This document shows, piece after piece, positions 10,032 through 20,583 of a stretch of 64,000 nucleotides of DNA. The position numbers were made by a program, and so were the translations under genes. Where the stretch lies: assembly GCA_963707215.1 (NCBI GenBank), contig CAVPPB010000003.1, forward strand, positions 1,472,001 through 1,536,000, given 5' to 3'. The stretch comes from an uncultured Chloroflexia bacterium. GTDB lineage: Bacteria; Chloroflexota; Limnocylindria; Limnocylindrales; CSP1-4. Within the stretch, counting starts at the first letter, position 1. The number at the start of each line of letters is the position of its first letter. A model generated the notes under the pieces. It worked only from the letters and a program-made list of their open reading frames with translations. It searched no databases and was not told the origin of the DNA.

Positions 10032-12218
10032 TCAGGCGGCCGGCACCTCGTCACTCGCCGGGCGCTCCGGCATCGGCAGCGGCTCGGCCGAGCCATCCTT
10101 GCCGAAGCGCAGGTCGAGGTGTCGCTCGGCCCAGCGGCGGATCTGGCGGTAGACCGCCGGGGCCCCGACGATCTCCTCATCGAGCTGCCAGTCGGACGGG
10201 TGGAGCAGGAGCCCCTTCGTCTGCGCGCCACCGAGCCCGCCGTGGGATCCGATGAGCTCTTCGAACGCCGCGACCTCCTCGAACTCGGGGTCGAACAGGC
10301 TGATGACCGAGACGTCCGGCGTGTGGTCCATCCCGTCGAGACGGATGAAGGCCTCGCGGGCCCGACCGCCGTACTGGGCCACCGGGTCGGTGCCCTCGAC
10401 CCGGCCCTCGTCGAGGTAGTTGATGCCGTCCCGCCCGACGACGATCCCACCGTGCGCCTCGGAGCGGATCAGCAGAGCACCGATCCCCGGATGCGCCGCG
10501 AGGCCGTCGACGAGACCCGGGTAGCGATCCGCCAGCTGCTCCACGGTCACCCGGCCGGGCATCCGCGGGAAGTAGATGAGGCCCAGGTTGCCCGAGGCCA
10601 TCGCGATGAGCTCGGGGCGATCCTCGACCGCCTCGTGCTCGGTCCGCTTCGCTCCGGCCTCCTCCTCGCCGGCCGGACCCAGCTCGACGACGCCGTCGCT
10701 GGTCTGCGATCGCAGCGCCGTCCGGGCCAGGCCGCCGGTGACACCCTTGGTCCTCGTCAGCTCGGAGAGGAAGGCGTTGGTCTGCCCCCACTCCTCGACC
10801 CGTTCCGCGTCCTCCTGCAGCTCGGCTCCAGCGCCCATCAGCTGCTGGACCGTGTCGCCCAGCGTCTGGCCGTAGCGCTGCAGGAAGGTCGCACCAAGGG
10901 TCTGGCCGTGATCCGAGACGACCACGAAGCGGTACGGCCGGGGAGCGCGGTGGGCGGCTTTCTCGAGCGTGGCGATGGCCCGGTCGACGCCGTCGAGCGC
11001 GTCGAGCGACTCAGGTCGCTCGGGACCGCTGTGGTGGGCGATCTCGTCGTAGTCGGTGTAGTCGACGTAGATGACCGGCGTTCCCCGGAACATCTCCTCC
11101 GTCACGAGCGACGTCGCAAGGTCACGGAGGGCGACGTTGGTCGCCGCCCGGGCCACCGGGTACGGCATGTTCCGATGCATCGTCGGGACGATCCCGGCGC
11201 GCCGCTGGCGCGAAGCCTGGACGTACTCCTTGATGACCTCGACGACGAACCGCACCAGGGTCGAGAGGTAGTTGTACGGGCTGGCGAAGAAGCTGTAGAA
11301 GGTCCGGCTCTGGCCCAGGCCCTGCGACTTGTCCTTGATCGTCGCCATCGTGATGTACGAGCGGACCGCGTCACCGGCGAAGAGGTTGCCCACGCTGGCG
11401 CCATCGTTGGAGAGCAGTCCCTCGCCATTCGAGATCCGGGTCGTGACCACCGCGGCATCCTCGGGATGGTTCGCGACCATGGTCCGTCCCGATGCCTTCT
11501 CGTACCAGCGGAAGGCCGGGATGCCGTCGTTGTTGCCGTGGAGGATGCCGGCCTGGCTGGCCGGCGTCGTCGGCGGGAGGAGCGCCTCCCAGCCGTTGAG
11601 GGCATAGCGACCGGAGCGGACCCACTTCGAGAGGTGGGGCACGCGACCCGCCCGGACCTGGCGGACGAGGATCGGCTGGGGCAGGCCGTCGACCTGGATC
11701 ACGACGAGGCCGGGCCGATCGGTCCGGATGGCGTCGGGCTGTTTCGCCGCCAGTTGCTGGACGAGCATCGAGAAGTACGAGTCGTCGCTGGTGATCGAGA
11801 AGAGCGCCGTCAGCGCCGTGGTCACGAACGCATACATGAGCGAGGCGACGAGCGCCGGGATCCAGCCGGTCACGACGAGGCCGGCGACGAAGTTCGGGAG
11901 GATCGCGAACGAGACGACCTGGAAGACGAGGGTCGCGACGGCCACGGCGACGACCGAGATGCTGGCGAAGATCCCGATGAACAGCGGCCGGACCGCGACG
12001 TTGAGGATCCCCAGGACCAGTGCGGCGAGGAGCGCCGTGACGAACGGACGTGCTCCAGGCTCGAGGTCGACGCCGGGCGTCAGGAAGACCGCTCCCCCGA
12101 ACGACAGGACGCTGACGATCAGCGTGGCGACGATCCGCCGGACCCGCGAGCCGCCACTGGGCCGCCACTCGCGCATGACCTGGATCTGCAGCCGGTAGAA
12201 GTCGATGATGCGGCGCAT
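10032..12218 (-). CDS. Phage-holin-like (4-TM) membrane domain fused to alkaline-phosphatase-superfamily phosphodiesterase
   Basis: N-terminal ALVLGILNVAVRP TM block; VIQVDGL, TTPASQAGILHG, DYDEIAHHSGP, VVSDHGQ, GSHGGLGG. Confidence 0.85.
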   Translation of the reverse strand: MRRIIDFYRLQIQVMREWRPSGGSRVRRIVATLIVSVLSFGGAVFLTPGVDLEPGARPFVTALLAALVLGILNVAVRPLFIGIFASISVVAVAVATLVFQVVSFAILPNFVAGLVVTGWIPALVASLMYAFVTTALTALFSITSDDSYFSMLVQQLAAKQPDAIRTDRPGLVVIQVDGLPQPILVRQVRAGRVPHLSKWVRSGRYALNGWEALLPPTTPASQAGILHGNNDGIPAFRWYEKASGRTMVANHPEDAAVVTTRISNGEGLLSNDGASVGNLFAGDAVRSYITMATIKDKSQGLGQSRTFYSFFASPYNYLSTLVRFVVEVIKEYVQASRQRRAGIVPTMHRNMPYPVARAATNVALRDLATSLVTEEMFRGTPVIYVDYTDYDEIAHHSGPERPESLDALDGVDRAIATLEKAAHRAPRPYRFVVVSDHGQTLGATFLQRYGQTLGDTVQQLMGAGAELQEDAERVEEWGQTNAFLSELTRTKGVTGGLARTALRSQTSDGVVELGPAGEEEAGAKRTEHEAVEDRPELIAMASGNLGLIYFPRMPGRVTVEQLADRYPGLVDGLAAHPGIGALLIRSEAHGGIVVGRDGINYLDEGRVEGTDPVAQYGGRAREAFIRLDGMDHTPDVSVISLFDPEFEEVAAFEELIGSHGGLGGAQTKGLLLHPSDWQLDEEIVGAPAVYRQIRRWAERHLDLRFGKDGSAEPLPMPERPASDEVPAA

Positions 12219-12321
12219 CAGGTCTCCCTCGTGCCCATTCCCGGCGAGTCAGGCCGGACCGCGGGTCGGCCGCGATGATGACACAGGGCAGGCCCCTGGG
12301 ACCGCTTCGGGGTCGCCTCGA

Positions 12322-14346
12322 TCAGCCCCGGCCGATCCGCGTGACGACATCGATGATCTCATCGCCGTAGCGATCGATCCGCGACGGACCCATGCCCTTG
12401 ACACGCCGGAGCGCCGGGAGCGACATCGGGCGGGCCTCGGAGATGGCCTCCAGCGTCTCGTCGTGGGCGATCACGTAGGCGGGCACGCCATCGGCTCGGG
12501 ACCGCTCGAGACGCCAGGCCCGGAGGGCCGCCATCAGCGGGTCGTCGTGGGCGTCCGCCTGTCGCCCGCGAGGCCGCAGCGGAGGTCCGGCGTGCTCGAC
12601 GATCCGCCCCCGCTCGGCGATGCCGCGCTCACTGCGCGAGCGTGCCGGGCCACGGAGGTCTCGGACGAAGCGGCTCTCCTTGCGCCGGACCTCCTTGCCG
12701 CCGGCCCCGGCCCGGTGCTCGGCCCACGACAGGGCGAGGTGGATCCGGGCCCGGGTCAGCCCGACGTAGAGGAGACGACGCTCCTCCGCCAGGGCAGCCT
12801 CGTCCTCGAAGGCATGACGGATCGGCAGGCTTCCCTCCTCCAGCACGGGCAACGCCACCGCGTCCCACTCGAGCCCCTTGGCCCGGTGGTAGGTCAGCAG
12901 GTTCACCCCGCCGCTCGCTCCGGTCCGCTCCCGATCGGCACGGCGCTCCAGGTCGGCCAACGCGGCGGCGACGTCGGCATCCGGGGCACCCGCCACGAGC
13001 TCCGCGAGCATCGTCGCCAACGTCTCGAGGGCGGCGGCCCGATCACGGGCTTCCTCCCCGACCGGCTCGACGCCGGGCTCCCAGCCGAGCTCGTCCATCC
13101 AGCGACGGCGAGCGGCGTCGAGGAGCGCAGACCCCCGCAGGACCGGGTCGAGGCGACGGATCGAGGCGATCGCCGTCTTGACGTCCCGACGAGCGAAGAA
13201 CCGGGTGCCGCGCACCTGGTAGCCGACCCCTGCCCGGGCGAGCGCTTCCTCGACGGGCTCCAGCTGGGCGTTCGTCCGCACCAGGACGGCGATCTCGCTG
13301 GGTGAGGTCCCGTGCCTGATGAGGTCGCCGGCCCAGGTGGCGAGCTGCTCGAGCTCCTGATCGCCGTCGGGGAAGCGCCGCATCGTCGGCGCCGGGCCGG
13401 GCGGTCGGGTGGCGCTGAGCCGCTTCGAGCGACCGGTCCGGTCGATCAGCCGGTTGGCGAGCTCGAGCACCTGGGGGCTCGAGCGGTAGTTCTCGGTGAG
13501 CTCCACCACCCGGGCACCGGGATACCGCGTCGAGAACCCGGAGAGGAACTCCGGGGTGGCACCGGTGAACGAGTAGATGGTCTGGTCCTCGTCGCCGACG
13601 ACGCAGATGTCGTCGCGATCGCCCAGCCACAGCTCGAGGAGCTGCTGCTGGAGCGGGCTGGTGTCCTGGTACTCGTCCACGCTGAACCAGGACTTGCGGG
13701 CGTGGATCAGCGACCGGGCTTGCTCGTCGGTCTCGAGCAGCTCGACGGTCAGGGTCAGCATGTCGTCGAAATCGATCCGGCCGGCCCGCGCCTTGGCCGC
13801 CTCGTAGCCGGCGTAGAGGCGGGTGAAGAGCTCGACCGGGATCGGCGGCGTGCGGGTACCGGCCTCCCCAGCGTACCGCTGCGGGGAGATGCGGCGGCTC
13901 TTGGCCCACTCGATCTCGTCCGCCAGGTCCTTGGCCGGCGTGAAGCGATAGCCGCCCGGAAGCTCGCGTGCGAGCCGACCGACGATCGGGATCTTCGAAT
14001 CAAGCACGTCGGGCATCGGCTCCCCGGCGTGCCGGGACGGCCAGAAGTGACGGAGCTGGCTGAGCGCCTGGGCATGGAAGGTCCGGGCCGTGACGTCCTC
14101 GAGGCCCAGGGAGCGAAGCCGCTCCAGCATCTCGGTCGCGGCCTTGTCCGTGAAGGTGACGAGAAGGACGCGATCGGCAGGGACCGCTCCGGTGGCGACC
14201 GCGTACGCCGTGCGATGGCTGATCACCCGGGTCTTGCCGGTGCCGGCCCCGGCCATGACGGCCAGCGGCCCGGTCGTGATGGCGGCGGCCTCGCGCTGCG
14301 CCTCGTTGAGGTCGGCGAGGAGGTCGACGGCGGCGACGCCGGACAT
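12322..14346 (-). CDS. uvrD2: ATP-dependent DNA helicase UvrD2 with C-terminal HRDC
   Basis: AGAGTGKT, VDEYQD, GDEDQTIY, NYRS, TYHRAKGLEW, EERRLLYVGLTRA; HRDC ALRAWRLERSRADGVPAYVI. Confidence 0.93.
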   Translation of the reverse strand: MSGVAAVDLLADLNEAQREAAAITTGPLAVMAGAGTGKTRVISHRTAYAVATGAVPADRVLLVTFTDKAATEMLERLRSLGLEDVTARTFHAQALSQLRHFWPSRHAGEPMPDVLDSKIPIVGRLARELPGGYRFTPAKDLADEIEWAKSRRISPQRYAGEAGTRTPPIPVELFTRLYAGYEAAKARAGRIDFDDMLTLTVELLETDEQARSLIHARKSWFSVDEYQDTSPLQQQLLELWLGDRDDICVVGDEDQTIYSFTGATPEFLSGFSTRYPGARVVELTENYRSSPQVLELANRLIDRTGRSKRLSATRPPGPAPTMRRFPDGDQELEQLATWAGDLIRHGTSPSEIAVLVRTNAQLEPVEEALARAGVGYQVRGTRFFARRDVKTAIASIRRLDPVLRGSALLDAARRRWMDELGWEPGVEPVGEEARDRAAALETLATMLAELVAGAPDADVAAALADLERRADRERTGASGGVNLLTYHRAKGLEWDAVALPVLEEGSLPIRHAFEDEAALAEERRLLYVGLTRARIHLALSWAEHRAGAGGKEVRRKESRFVRDLRGPARSRSERGIAERGRIVEHAGPPLRPRGRQADAHDDPLMAALRAWRLERSRADGVPAYVIAHDETLEAISEARPMSLPALRRVKGMGPSRIDRYGDEIIDVVTRIGRG

Positions 14347-14484
14347 CGAGATGGCCACTCCTTGGGATCGCCTCCGCGGGCCCATGCGACCCGCTCGTCG
14401 TGACGGTCGGGCGGTCGACGCGGGCCCGTCGCGGGGACACGTACAGACTACGCCTATCGGCGGCCGGACCGAAGCCCGGGCTCT

Positions 14485-15540
14485 TCAGCCGAAGGCCCGA
14501 CCCGCCTCCAGGAACGCGGCCACATTCACCCAGGGGATGTCCGGCTCGTCGATGTCGTAGGCCGGGCAGAGGACCAGACCGGCCCGCCCGAGCGATCCGA
14601 TCCGCATCCGGACCTCGTCGCCGATCTCCTCCGGGGTGGCGAACGAGAACGTGGTCTGGCGCCCGACGGTCCCCCAGAGCGCGAGTCTGGACCCGAACCG
14701 TCGCCGGATCCGGAGCGCGTCCATGTGCTCCGGCTGGAGCGGGTTGATGGCCGCCACCCCGAGCTCGACGAGGTCGTCGAGGATCGGCTCGAAGTGACCG
14801 TCGCTGTGGTAGACGACGCGGACCTCGGGCTCGATCGCCCGGGCCGCGGCGATGATCGCTGCCAGTCGCGGCCGGAAGAACTCCCGCCAGGTCGCCGGCC
14901 CCATCATCATCCCGCCCGGCATCCCGACGTCGTCGTCGAGGGCCAGGACGTCGACGCCGGCGAGGGCGAGCGTCTCCGCGTTCCGGCAGGCCAGGTCGGT
15001 CAGGCGGTCGAGCAGGTAGTGGGCCATGTCCTTGCGACGGACGAGGTCGGTCAGGAAGTTCTCGAGGCCGCGGAGCCGCCAGGCCGCCTCGAACAGCTCG
15101 CCCCCCAGGTGCGGCGTGTTGCCGCCGGCGGCAAGACCGAGGCGATGGAGATCCGCGACCTGGCGGGCGAGCTCGTCGACGGCTCGGGGGCCGCGGACGT
15201 CCGGGAAGGGGAAGGCCTCGAGGTCGGCCAGGCTGGTCGCCCGCTCCAGCGGGTTGCCGTCCCCCGGCACCTCCGGCCGGTAGGCCCAGCTGGCGTAGCG
15301 GGCCACCTGCGCCGGCGTTCCGATGCGGGCATTGCCGGCGTACGGCAGGGCCCGCCGCCGGAGCTCCTCCTCCTCGACCGAGACCGGGAAGTCGATGAAG
15401 AGGACGTCGACCAGGTCGTCGTGCCAGGCCCCGTCGGGTGCCAGGGACGGCCCGTCGACCGCGTAGAAGGCCAGGGCGAGCGGCACGCGATCGGGCTCGT
15501 CGCCATCGAGCGCGGCGAGGACCCGGTCCCGACCCGTCAT
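14485..15540 (-). CDS. Uroporphyrinogen decarboxylase / MtaA-CmuA family protein
   Basis: MTGRDRVLAAL.G.EPDRVP, FEAAWRLRGLENFL, DDVG, YHSDG, INPLQPE. Confidence 0.85.
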   Translation of the reverse strand: MTGRDRVLAALDGDEPDRVPLALAFYAVDGPSLAPDGAWHDDLVDVLFIDFPVSVEEEELRRRALPYAGNARIGTPAQVARYASWAYRPEVPGDGNPLERATSLADLEAFPFPDVRGPRAVDELARQVADLHRLGLAAGGNTPHLGGELFEAAWRLRGLENFLTDLVRRKDMAHYLLDRLTDLACRNAETLALAGVDVLALDDDVGMPGGMMMGPATWREFFRPRLAAIIAAARAIEPEVRVVYHSDGHFEPILDDLVELGVAAINPLQPEHMDALRIRRRFGSRLALWGTVGRQTTFSFATPEEIGDEVRMRIGSLGRAGLVLCPAYDIDEPDIPWVNVAAFLEAGRAFG

Positions 15541-15713
15541 CCGGCGCTACCAGCATCACGACGTGCCATCAGGATCGAGGATGCCGGCCTGCCCCGACGG
15601 TGTGAACGGCCGAACGTCATCGGCAGATCGCGTGGGCGTCCACGACGGCCAGCTCGCGATGGCCGCGCGGCCGACTCCCTCGCCGGGTCGATGTGCGCCG
15701 CTACTATCGGGCG

Positions 15714-17177
15714 GTGAGCCAGATCGACCGGAGGAGGGGCTCGGCGCCGACCGGCGTCCCGGGTGACGCCGCCGATCCGGACCACGTCCTCCGGCTGGCG
15801 ATGCGGGTCGGCGTCGCGATGCTGACCAGCGGCGCCCAGACCGACGAGGTCGAGGCGGCCATCGTCGCGACGACCGCAGGACTCGGGCTCCCGGGAGTCC
15901 AGGCTTCGGTGGCCTACTCCACGATCTCGATCTCCTACTACGCATCCAGGGGCACCCCGCCGGCGACCCTCCTCCACCTCGTGCGGGAGCGCCGCACGGA
16001 TTTCGGCCTCCTGGCCGGGCTATCCGAGCTGGTGGATCGGATCCACGACGGCGAGCTGTCGGTGGCGCAGGCCGAGGCGCGGCTGGTGAAGCTCCAGACG
16101 CAGCCGCCCAAGTACGGCCGGGCGGTGACCTTCGTCGCCCCGGCGCTGTCCGCCGGTGGGGCGACGCTCGCCTTCGGAGGCGATGCCCAGGAGGTCGTCG
16201 CGACCATCGCCATCGCGCTGGCGGTCCAGGCCGTCGTCGTCCCGATCGGCCACTCCTCGATCCAGCCCTTCTTCCGGACCCTGATCGTCGCGGCCTCGGC
16301 GACGCTCCTGGTCGCTCTGGTCGCCGGGCTCGCCCCGGCGATCTCCGGTGGGCTGGTCCTGACCGGCAGCCTGCTCCGGTTCCTGCCCGGCTATGCCCTC
16401 CTGGCCGGCTTCCGGGACCTGCTCGACCAGTCGGTCCTCTCGGGCATGGCCCGCGTGGCCGAGGCGGTCCTCATCGCGGCAGCCATCGGCGGCGGGGTGG
16501 GCATCGCCCTGATCGTCGCGGCGGGCTTCGGCGTCGAGCTCTCGCTGATCACCATCGGCCAACAGTCGTTCGGCTGGCTGGTCTCGATCGGCGCGGTCGC
16601 GGTCCTGGTCGGGGGGTTCGCCGTCGGCAACGGCGTCCCGCCCCTCGCGGTGGCCCAGTCGGCGGCCATCGGAGCGGTCGGCTGGGTGCTGTACCGGGCG
16701 GGCGCCGCTCCGTACGGGCCGCTCGACCCCAGCATCGTCGTCGTCATCTCGTCGGTCACGATCGGCATCCTGGGACGGCTGGCGGTCGGTCGGTCGGCCG
16801 CCCCGACCGCCCTCTGGGTGGTGCCGGCGATCCTGCCCCTGCTCCCGGGACTGCCGCTGGTCCAGGCGATGCTGGCGGCCAGCGACGAAGCGCGCCTCGC
16901 GGGCCTGGTCGGAGCTGCCACCACGGCCTTCCTCATCGGCACGGGCGTCGCCACCGGTGACCTGGCTGTGGTCGGCTTCCGGAGGTTCCGCGACGGACTC
17001 GTCGCTCCTGCTGTCGGCGCGGTGGCCGAGGGCGTCGACACGTTGGTGATCCAGCCGGCGGCCCGGGTCGCCCGGCCGGTCAGCCGCGCGGTCCTGGGGA
17101 CCCAACGCCACGGGGGCACCGCCTCGGGTGATGACGCGGGCGACCCCGGCGCATCGCCCACCTCGGGCCCGGACTAG
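15714..17177 (+). CDS. thrE: Threonine/serine exporter (ThrE family)
   Basis: LAMRVGVAMLTSGAQTDEVE, FLPGYAL..GFRDL, VPAILPLLPGL; about 10 TM helices. Confidence 0.85.
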   Translation: MSQIDRRRGSAPTGVPGDAADPDHVLRLAMRVGVAMLTSGAQTDEVEAAIVATTAGLGLPGVQASVAYSTISISYYASRGTPPATLLHLVRERRTDFGLLAGLSELVDRIHDGELSVAQAEARLVKLQTQPPKYGRAVTFVAPALSAGGATLAFGGDAQEVVATIAIALAVQAVVVPIGHSSIQPFFRTLIVAASATLLVALVAGLAPAISGGLVLTGSLLRFLPGYALLAGFRDLLDQSVLSGMARVAEAVLIAAAIGGGVGIALIVAAGFGVELSLITIGQQSFGWLVSIGAVAVLVGGFAVGNGVPPLAVAQSAAIGAVGWVLYRAGAAPYGPLDPSIVVVISSVTIGILGRLAVGRSAAPTALWVVPAILPLLPGLPLVQAMLAASDEARLAGLVGAATTAFLIGTGVATGDLAVVGFRRFRDGLVAPAVGAVAEGVDTLVIQPAARVARPVSRAVLGTQRHGGTASGDDAGDPGASPTSGPD

Positions 17178-18070
17178 GTCGAGGCGTCCGCGAGCGCGAT
17201 CTCCGCCAGGACCAGCGTCCCAGCCGGGCCAGCCATGTCACCCAGGCCCGCCGGAACGAGGTAACCGGCCGGGTCGTGCTCCGGCAGCCCAGGATAGCCG
17301 GCCAGCTGCTCCCGGAGAAAGGTCCTGGCCCTGTCCAGCAGCCCCGGCATCGTGGCGAGTCCACCGCCGACCACCACCCGCTCCGGGGCGAGCGCATAGG
17401 TCAACGAACGAACGCCGGCGGCCAGGTAGAACGCGGCCAGCTCGGCAGCCCGCTCCCGCTCGACGCCTTCCAGGTCCTCGGCCCGGCGACCGAACCTGGT
17501 CGCGATGGCCGGACCGCTGCCCATGCCCTCGAGGCAATCGCCGTGGAAGGGACAGGCCCCTGGGAAGTCGTCGCCCTCGTAGCGCGGCACCGCGACGTGG
17601 CCCATCTCCGGGTGCCCCATCCCATGGACGATCCGTCCATCGACGACCGCCCCGCCGCCGACCCCGGTACCCATCGTGAGGTAGACGAACGACCGAAGGC
17701 CACGTGCGGCGCCCCAGCGTCCCTCGCCGAGGGCCGCGGCGTTGACGTCGGTGTCGAAGCCGACCGGCAGGCCAAGGGCCGCACGCAGGGGGCCGACCAG
17801 GTCGACGCCGCTCCAGCCGGGCTTCGGGGTGGTCATGATCGACCCATACGCGGGGTGATCCGGGCGAAGCTCGAGTGGCCCGAAGGACCCGATGCCGATC
17901 GCCCGGACCGGGAGCCCGGCGTCGACCGCTCGGCGAAAGAAGGCGATGGCTGACGGGATGGTCTCGGACGGATCAGCCACGTCGATGCGCTCGGTCGCAA
18001 CGACGTCGTCCGGCATCGTCCCGACCAGGCAGATGAACTTGGTACCGCCGGCTTCGAGCCCACCCAGCAT
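17174..18070 (-). CDS. ROK family sugar kinase (fructokinase-like)
   Basis: GGLEAGGTKF, TTPKPGWS, DTDVNAAALGE, HPEMGH, CPFHGDCLEG. Confidence 0.92.
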   Translation of the reverse strand: MLGGLEAGGTKFICLVGTMPDDVVATERIDVADPSETIPSAIAFFRRAVDAGLPVRAIGIGSFGPLELRPDHPAYGSIMTTPKPGWSGVDLVGPLRAALGLPVGFDTDVNAAALGEGRWGAARGLRSFVYLTMGTGVGGGAVVDGRIVHGMGHPEMGHVAVPRYEGDDFPGACPFHGDCLEGMGSGPAIATRFGRRAEDLEGVERERAAELAAFYLAAGVRSLTYALAPERVVVGGGLATMPGLLDRARTFLREQLAGYPGLPEHDPAGYLVPAGLGDMAGPAGTLVLAEIALADAST

Positions 18071-18280
18071 CCCGAGCGATCCTCCCTCGTGCACAAGCGG
18101 ACCCGGCGTCGCACGCCGAGCAGGTCCCGCAGCTCCATGGTGCCCGAGCCGACGCACGCCTGGCCAGGGACCCGTCACCGCCGGGCCGGACTGACATGCC
18201 GAAGGACCGGGCGATGGCGCCCGGTCCCTCGGATCGGCGGGTTCGGTCCGCCTGGTGTCAGCGGCCCGGGTGCGCCAGGA

Positions 18281-19375
18281 TCACCGGTCCCGCGGGCTCG
18301 TCGCCAGGCGTCGCGTGACCGCGAGGAGGGCGACGAGGGTCGCCCCCAGCACGAGGATCGCCGGCAGGACGGATGCCCCGCCCGGGGATGGCTCGAGCGC
18401 CGTCGACGTCGGCGGCGGGGTGATCCCGCCGGCAGTCCCGGTCGGGGTCGGCGTCGCCGGGGGCGGCGTCGGGGTGGGCGTGGGTGCGGGCGCGGCGACG
18501 ATCGTCACGTCGAGGGTGGCCGCACACTCGGTGCCGACGGCGGTCCCGGTCACGACCCAGTCGCCGATCTCCGAAGTCTCGGCCGTCCAGGTCCACCACG
18601 ACTCGCCGAACGCGTCGGCGACGTCGTCCTCGACCTGGGGGTCACCTCCGACGGGAGCGAACGAGACGACCATGTCGCCGAACGGCGGGAAGTCCCAGAA
18701 CAGGAGATCGAAGGACTCACCGACCTCGATCTCGAGCGGCGGTGTGAGCTCGCTCTCGCCCATGTAGGCCGTCAGCTCGCAGGTGGGCTGACCGGCGGCC
18801 ACGTAGGTGACGAAGGCGAAGTCGAAGTCGGGGGCCTCGATCCAGTCCGCCTGGCCATACACGAACTCCCAGGCCTGGCCACCTGCATAGCCGGTCGCCT
18901 CACCATAGCCCCACCACCAGGACGGTTCCGCCGTGCCGGCGCTCGACCCGGATGGGATCACGATCGCGATCTCGTCGCTCGAGGCAACGGCCGGCATCGA
19001 CGGGAAATCGAAGAGGACCCAGTCCGCCTCGGTCGGCACGTCCGCTGCCGGGACGGGCGCACTGCTGGCGAGGAGTGCGCCGGTGGGCGTGCCGGCATGG
19101 ATCTCGATCACCAGCGGCTGGGTCGTTGCCGGCGATCGCTCGATCGGCAGGTGGATCGCGACGAGCTGGCCGGTGGTGCCGACCGTGAGCGTCTGGGCGA
19201 GGGCATTGTGGCAGTCCCCCGGAAGCTCCGGCTGGATGCACGCCAGCCCGTCGTACTGGTCCTGGACTTGGTCCTCGAGGACCTCCGCGGAGACCGGGCC
19301 GACCCCCAGGGCGGCCAGGAGTCCGATCGACGCCGTCACGGCGATGATCCGCCGAAGCGCGCTAGCCCGTAGCAC
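18281..19375 (-). CDS. Secreted surface protein with Pro/Thr linker and C-terminal sorting-signal-like anchor
   Basis: GGAGG RBS, GTG 19375, signal peptide ending VSA; acidic beta-rich domains; PTPTPTPP linker; TPPPTST + TM helix + RR tail. Confidence 0.75.
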   Translation of the reverse strand: MLRASALRRIIAVTASIGLLAALGVGPVSAEVLEDQVQDQYDGLACIQPELPGDCHNALAQTLTVGTTGQLVAIHLPIERSPATTQPLVIEIHAGTPTGALLASSAPVPAADVPTEADWVLFDFPSMPAVASSDEIAIVIPSGSSAGTAEPSWWWGYGEATGYAGGQAWEFVYGQADWIEAPDFDFAFVTYVAAGQPTCELTAYMGESELTPPLEIEVGESFDLLFWDFPPFGDMVVSFAPVGGDPQVEDDVADAFGESWWTWTAETSEIGDWVVTGTAVGTECAATLDVTIVAAPAPTPTPTPPPATPTPTGTAGGITPPPTSTALEPSPGGASVLPAILVLGATLVALLAVTRRLATSPRDR

Positions 19376-19595
19376 CGGTAGCCTCCACGGGACGCCTCCG
19401 GGTCGCTCCCTCCTCGTCTGCGCGACGCCGCCGAGCGCGACCCTGGCTCGCGGCATCGTCGTCCGTGGCAGTCCCGACGTCACGGTCGACCCTGCACCTG
19501 TTCGTGACGCCGCTCGCCGAGATGTGTTGCACCTGCGACCAGGACGTCGCCTCGATGCGCCATCCGATCGCACCGGGCATGGCCGGGCGCAGTGC

Positions 19596-20456
19596 TCAGA
19601 ACCCCAGCTCGGCCCGGTAGGCCAGGGCCATGGCCTGGTAGCCCTCGGTGTTGGCGTGGAAGTCCTTGCCCCCGGTGGTGCAGGTCCAGGTCCAGTCGCA
19701 GATGCGGGCGACGTTCAGGGGCACGAGCTCCGGGTAGGGCGGCATCGGGACCTGGGTCGCGAAATCCGTCGTGGAGAAGACGCCCTGGATGTCCGCCACC
19801 GGGATGCCGTGGGAGGCGTAGATCCCCTCGACCATCGCGTTGATCGGGACGATCGCCCCGAACACGGACAGCTGAGCCAGCGCCCGGGCCTCCGGCGTCC
19901 CTTCCAGCCAGTACACGAGGAATGGGTCATAGATAGTCCCGCCGACGATCGGCACGTCCGGCCCGGCAGCCTCACGGAGGCTCGCGAGGATGCCCGGCAG
20001 GTTGGCCGCGATCCTCGTCGCTCCAGGCTCGATGCATTCGAGCCCGGTCTGGCAGGGGAAGTCATTCCAGCCCAGGTCGATCGTGATGAACGCGACGAAC
20101 CTCTGGTGAGCGTGGAGGAAGGCAAGCGCCTCGTCCAGCTGCGAGCCGTGCGGATAGTCGCAGATGCCGCCCGTCACGAAGGTCTCGGTGGACTCGCCGG
20201 GACAGCCGAGCTTGACGTGGCGCAGCTTCGGGAACTCGACGCGGGCCATCGCGAACAGCTGGTCCGGATAACCCTGAGCGGTCCGGTACAGGTCGTCGGG
20301 GTCGCCGATCGGCTGCTGCCCGGCCGCCAGTGAATCGCCCAGCGAGAGGTAGTACTGCATGGCATGGTCTCCGCTCGCGCCCGGGGCGGCCGCGGAGGGT
20401 CCCGCCACGCCGATGGTAAGTGCGAGCGCAGCCACGACGGCGAACATCCGGCGCAC
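19596..20456 (-). CDS. Secreted SGNH/GDSL hydrolase
   Basis: Signal peptide; YLSLGDSLAAG, LGCPGEST, DLGWND, DFHANTEGY. Confidence 0.9.
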   Translation of the reverse strand: MRRMFAVVAALALTIGVAGPSAAAPGASGDHAMQYYLSLGDSLAAGQQPIGDPDDLYRTAQGYPDQLFAMARVEFPKLRHVKLGCPGESTETFVTGGICDYPHGSQLDEALAFLHAHQRFVAFITIDLGWNDFPCQTGLECIEPGATRIAANLPGILASLREAAGPDVPIVGGTIYDPFLVYWLEGTPEARALAQLSVFGAIVPINAMVEGIYASHGIPVADIQGVFSTTDFATQVPMPPYPELVPLNVARICDWTWTCTTGGKDFHANTEGYQAMALAYRAELGF

Positions 20457-20583
20457 CGCTCTGCTCCTGCCGTGCTGGGCACCGCCGTGGCGCCCGTCCG
20501 GGAGATGCGACGCGGTGGGAGTCCGGTCGTTGCAGCCGCAGCAGCGCCCGGCCCGAGCCGGCGCGGTCGAGTAGTCTCGGCCC

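Noticed and set aside
10032-12218. Prophage signalled by the holin-like domain
   Set aside because: No structural, replication or lysin genes nearby.
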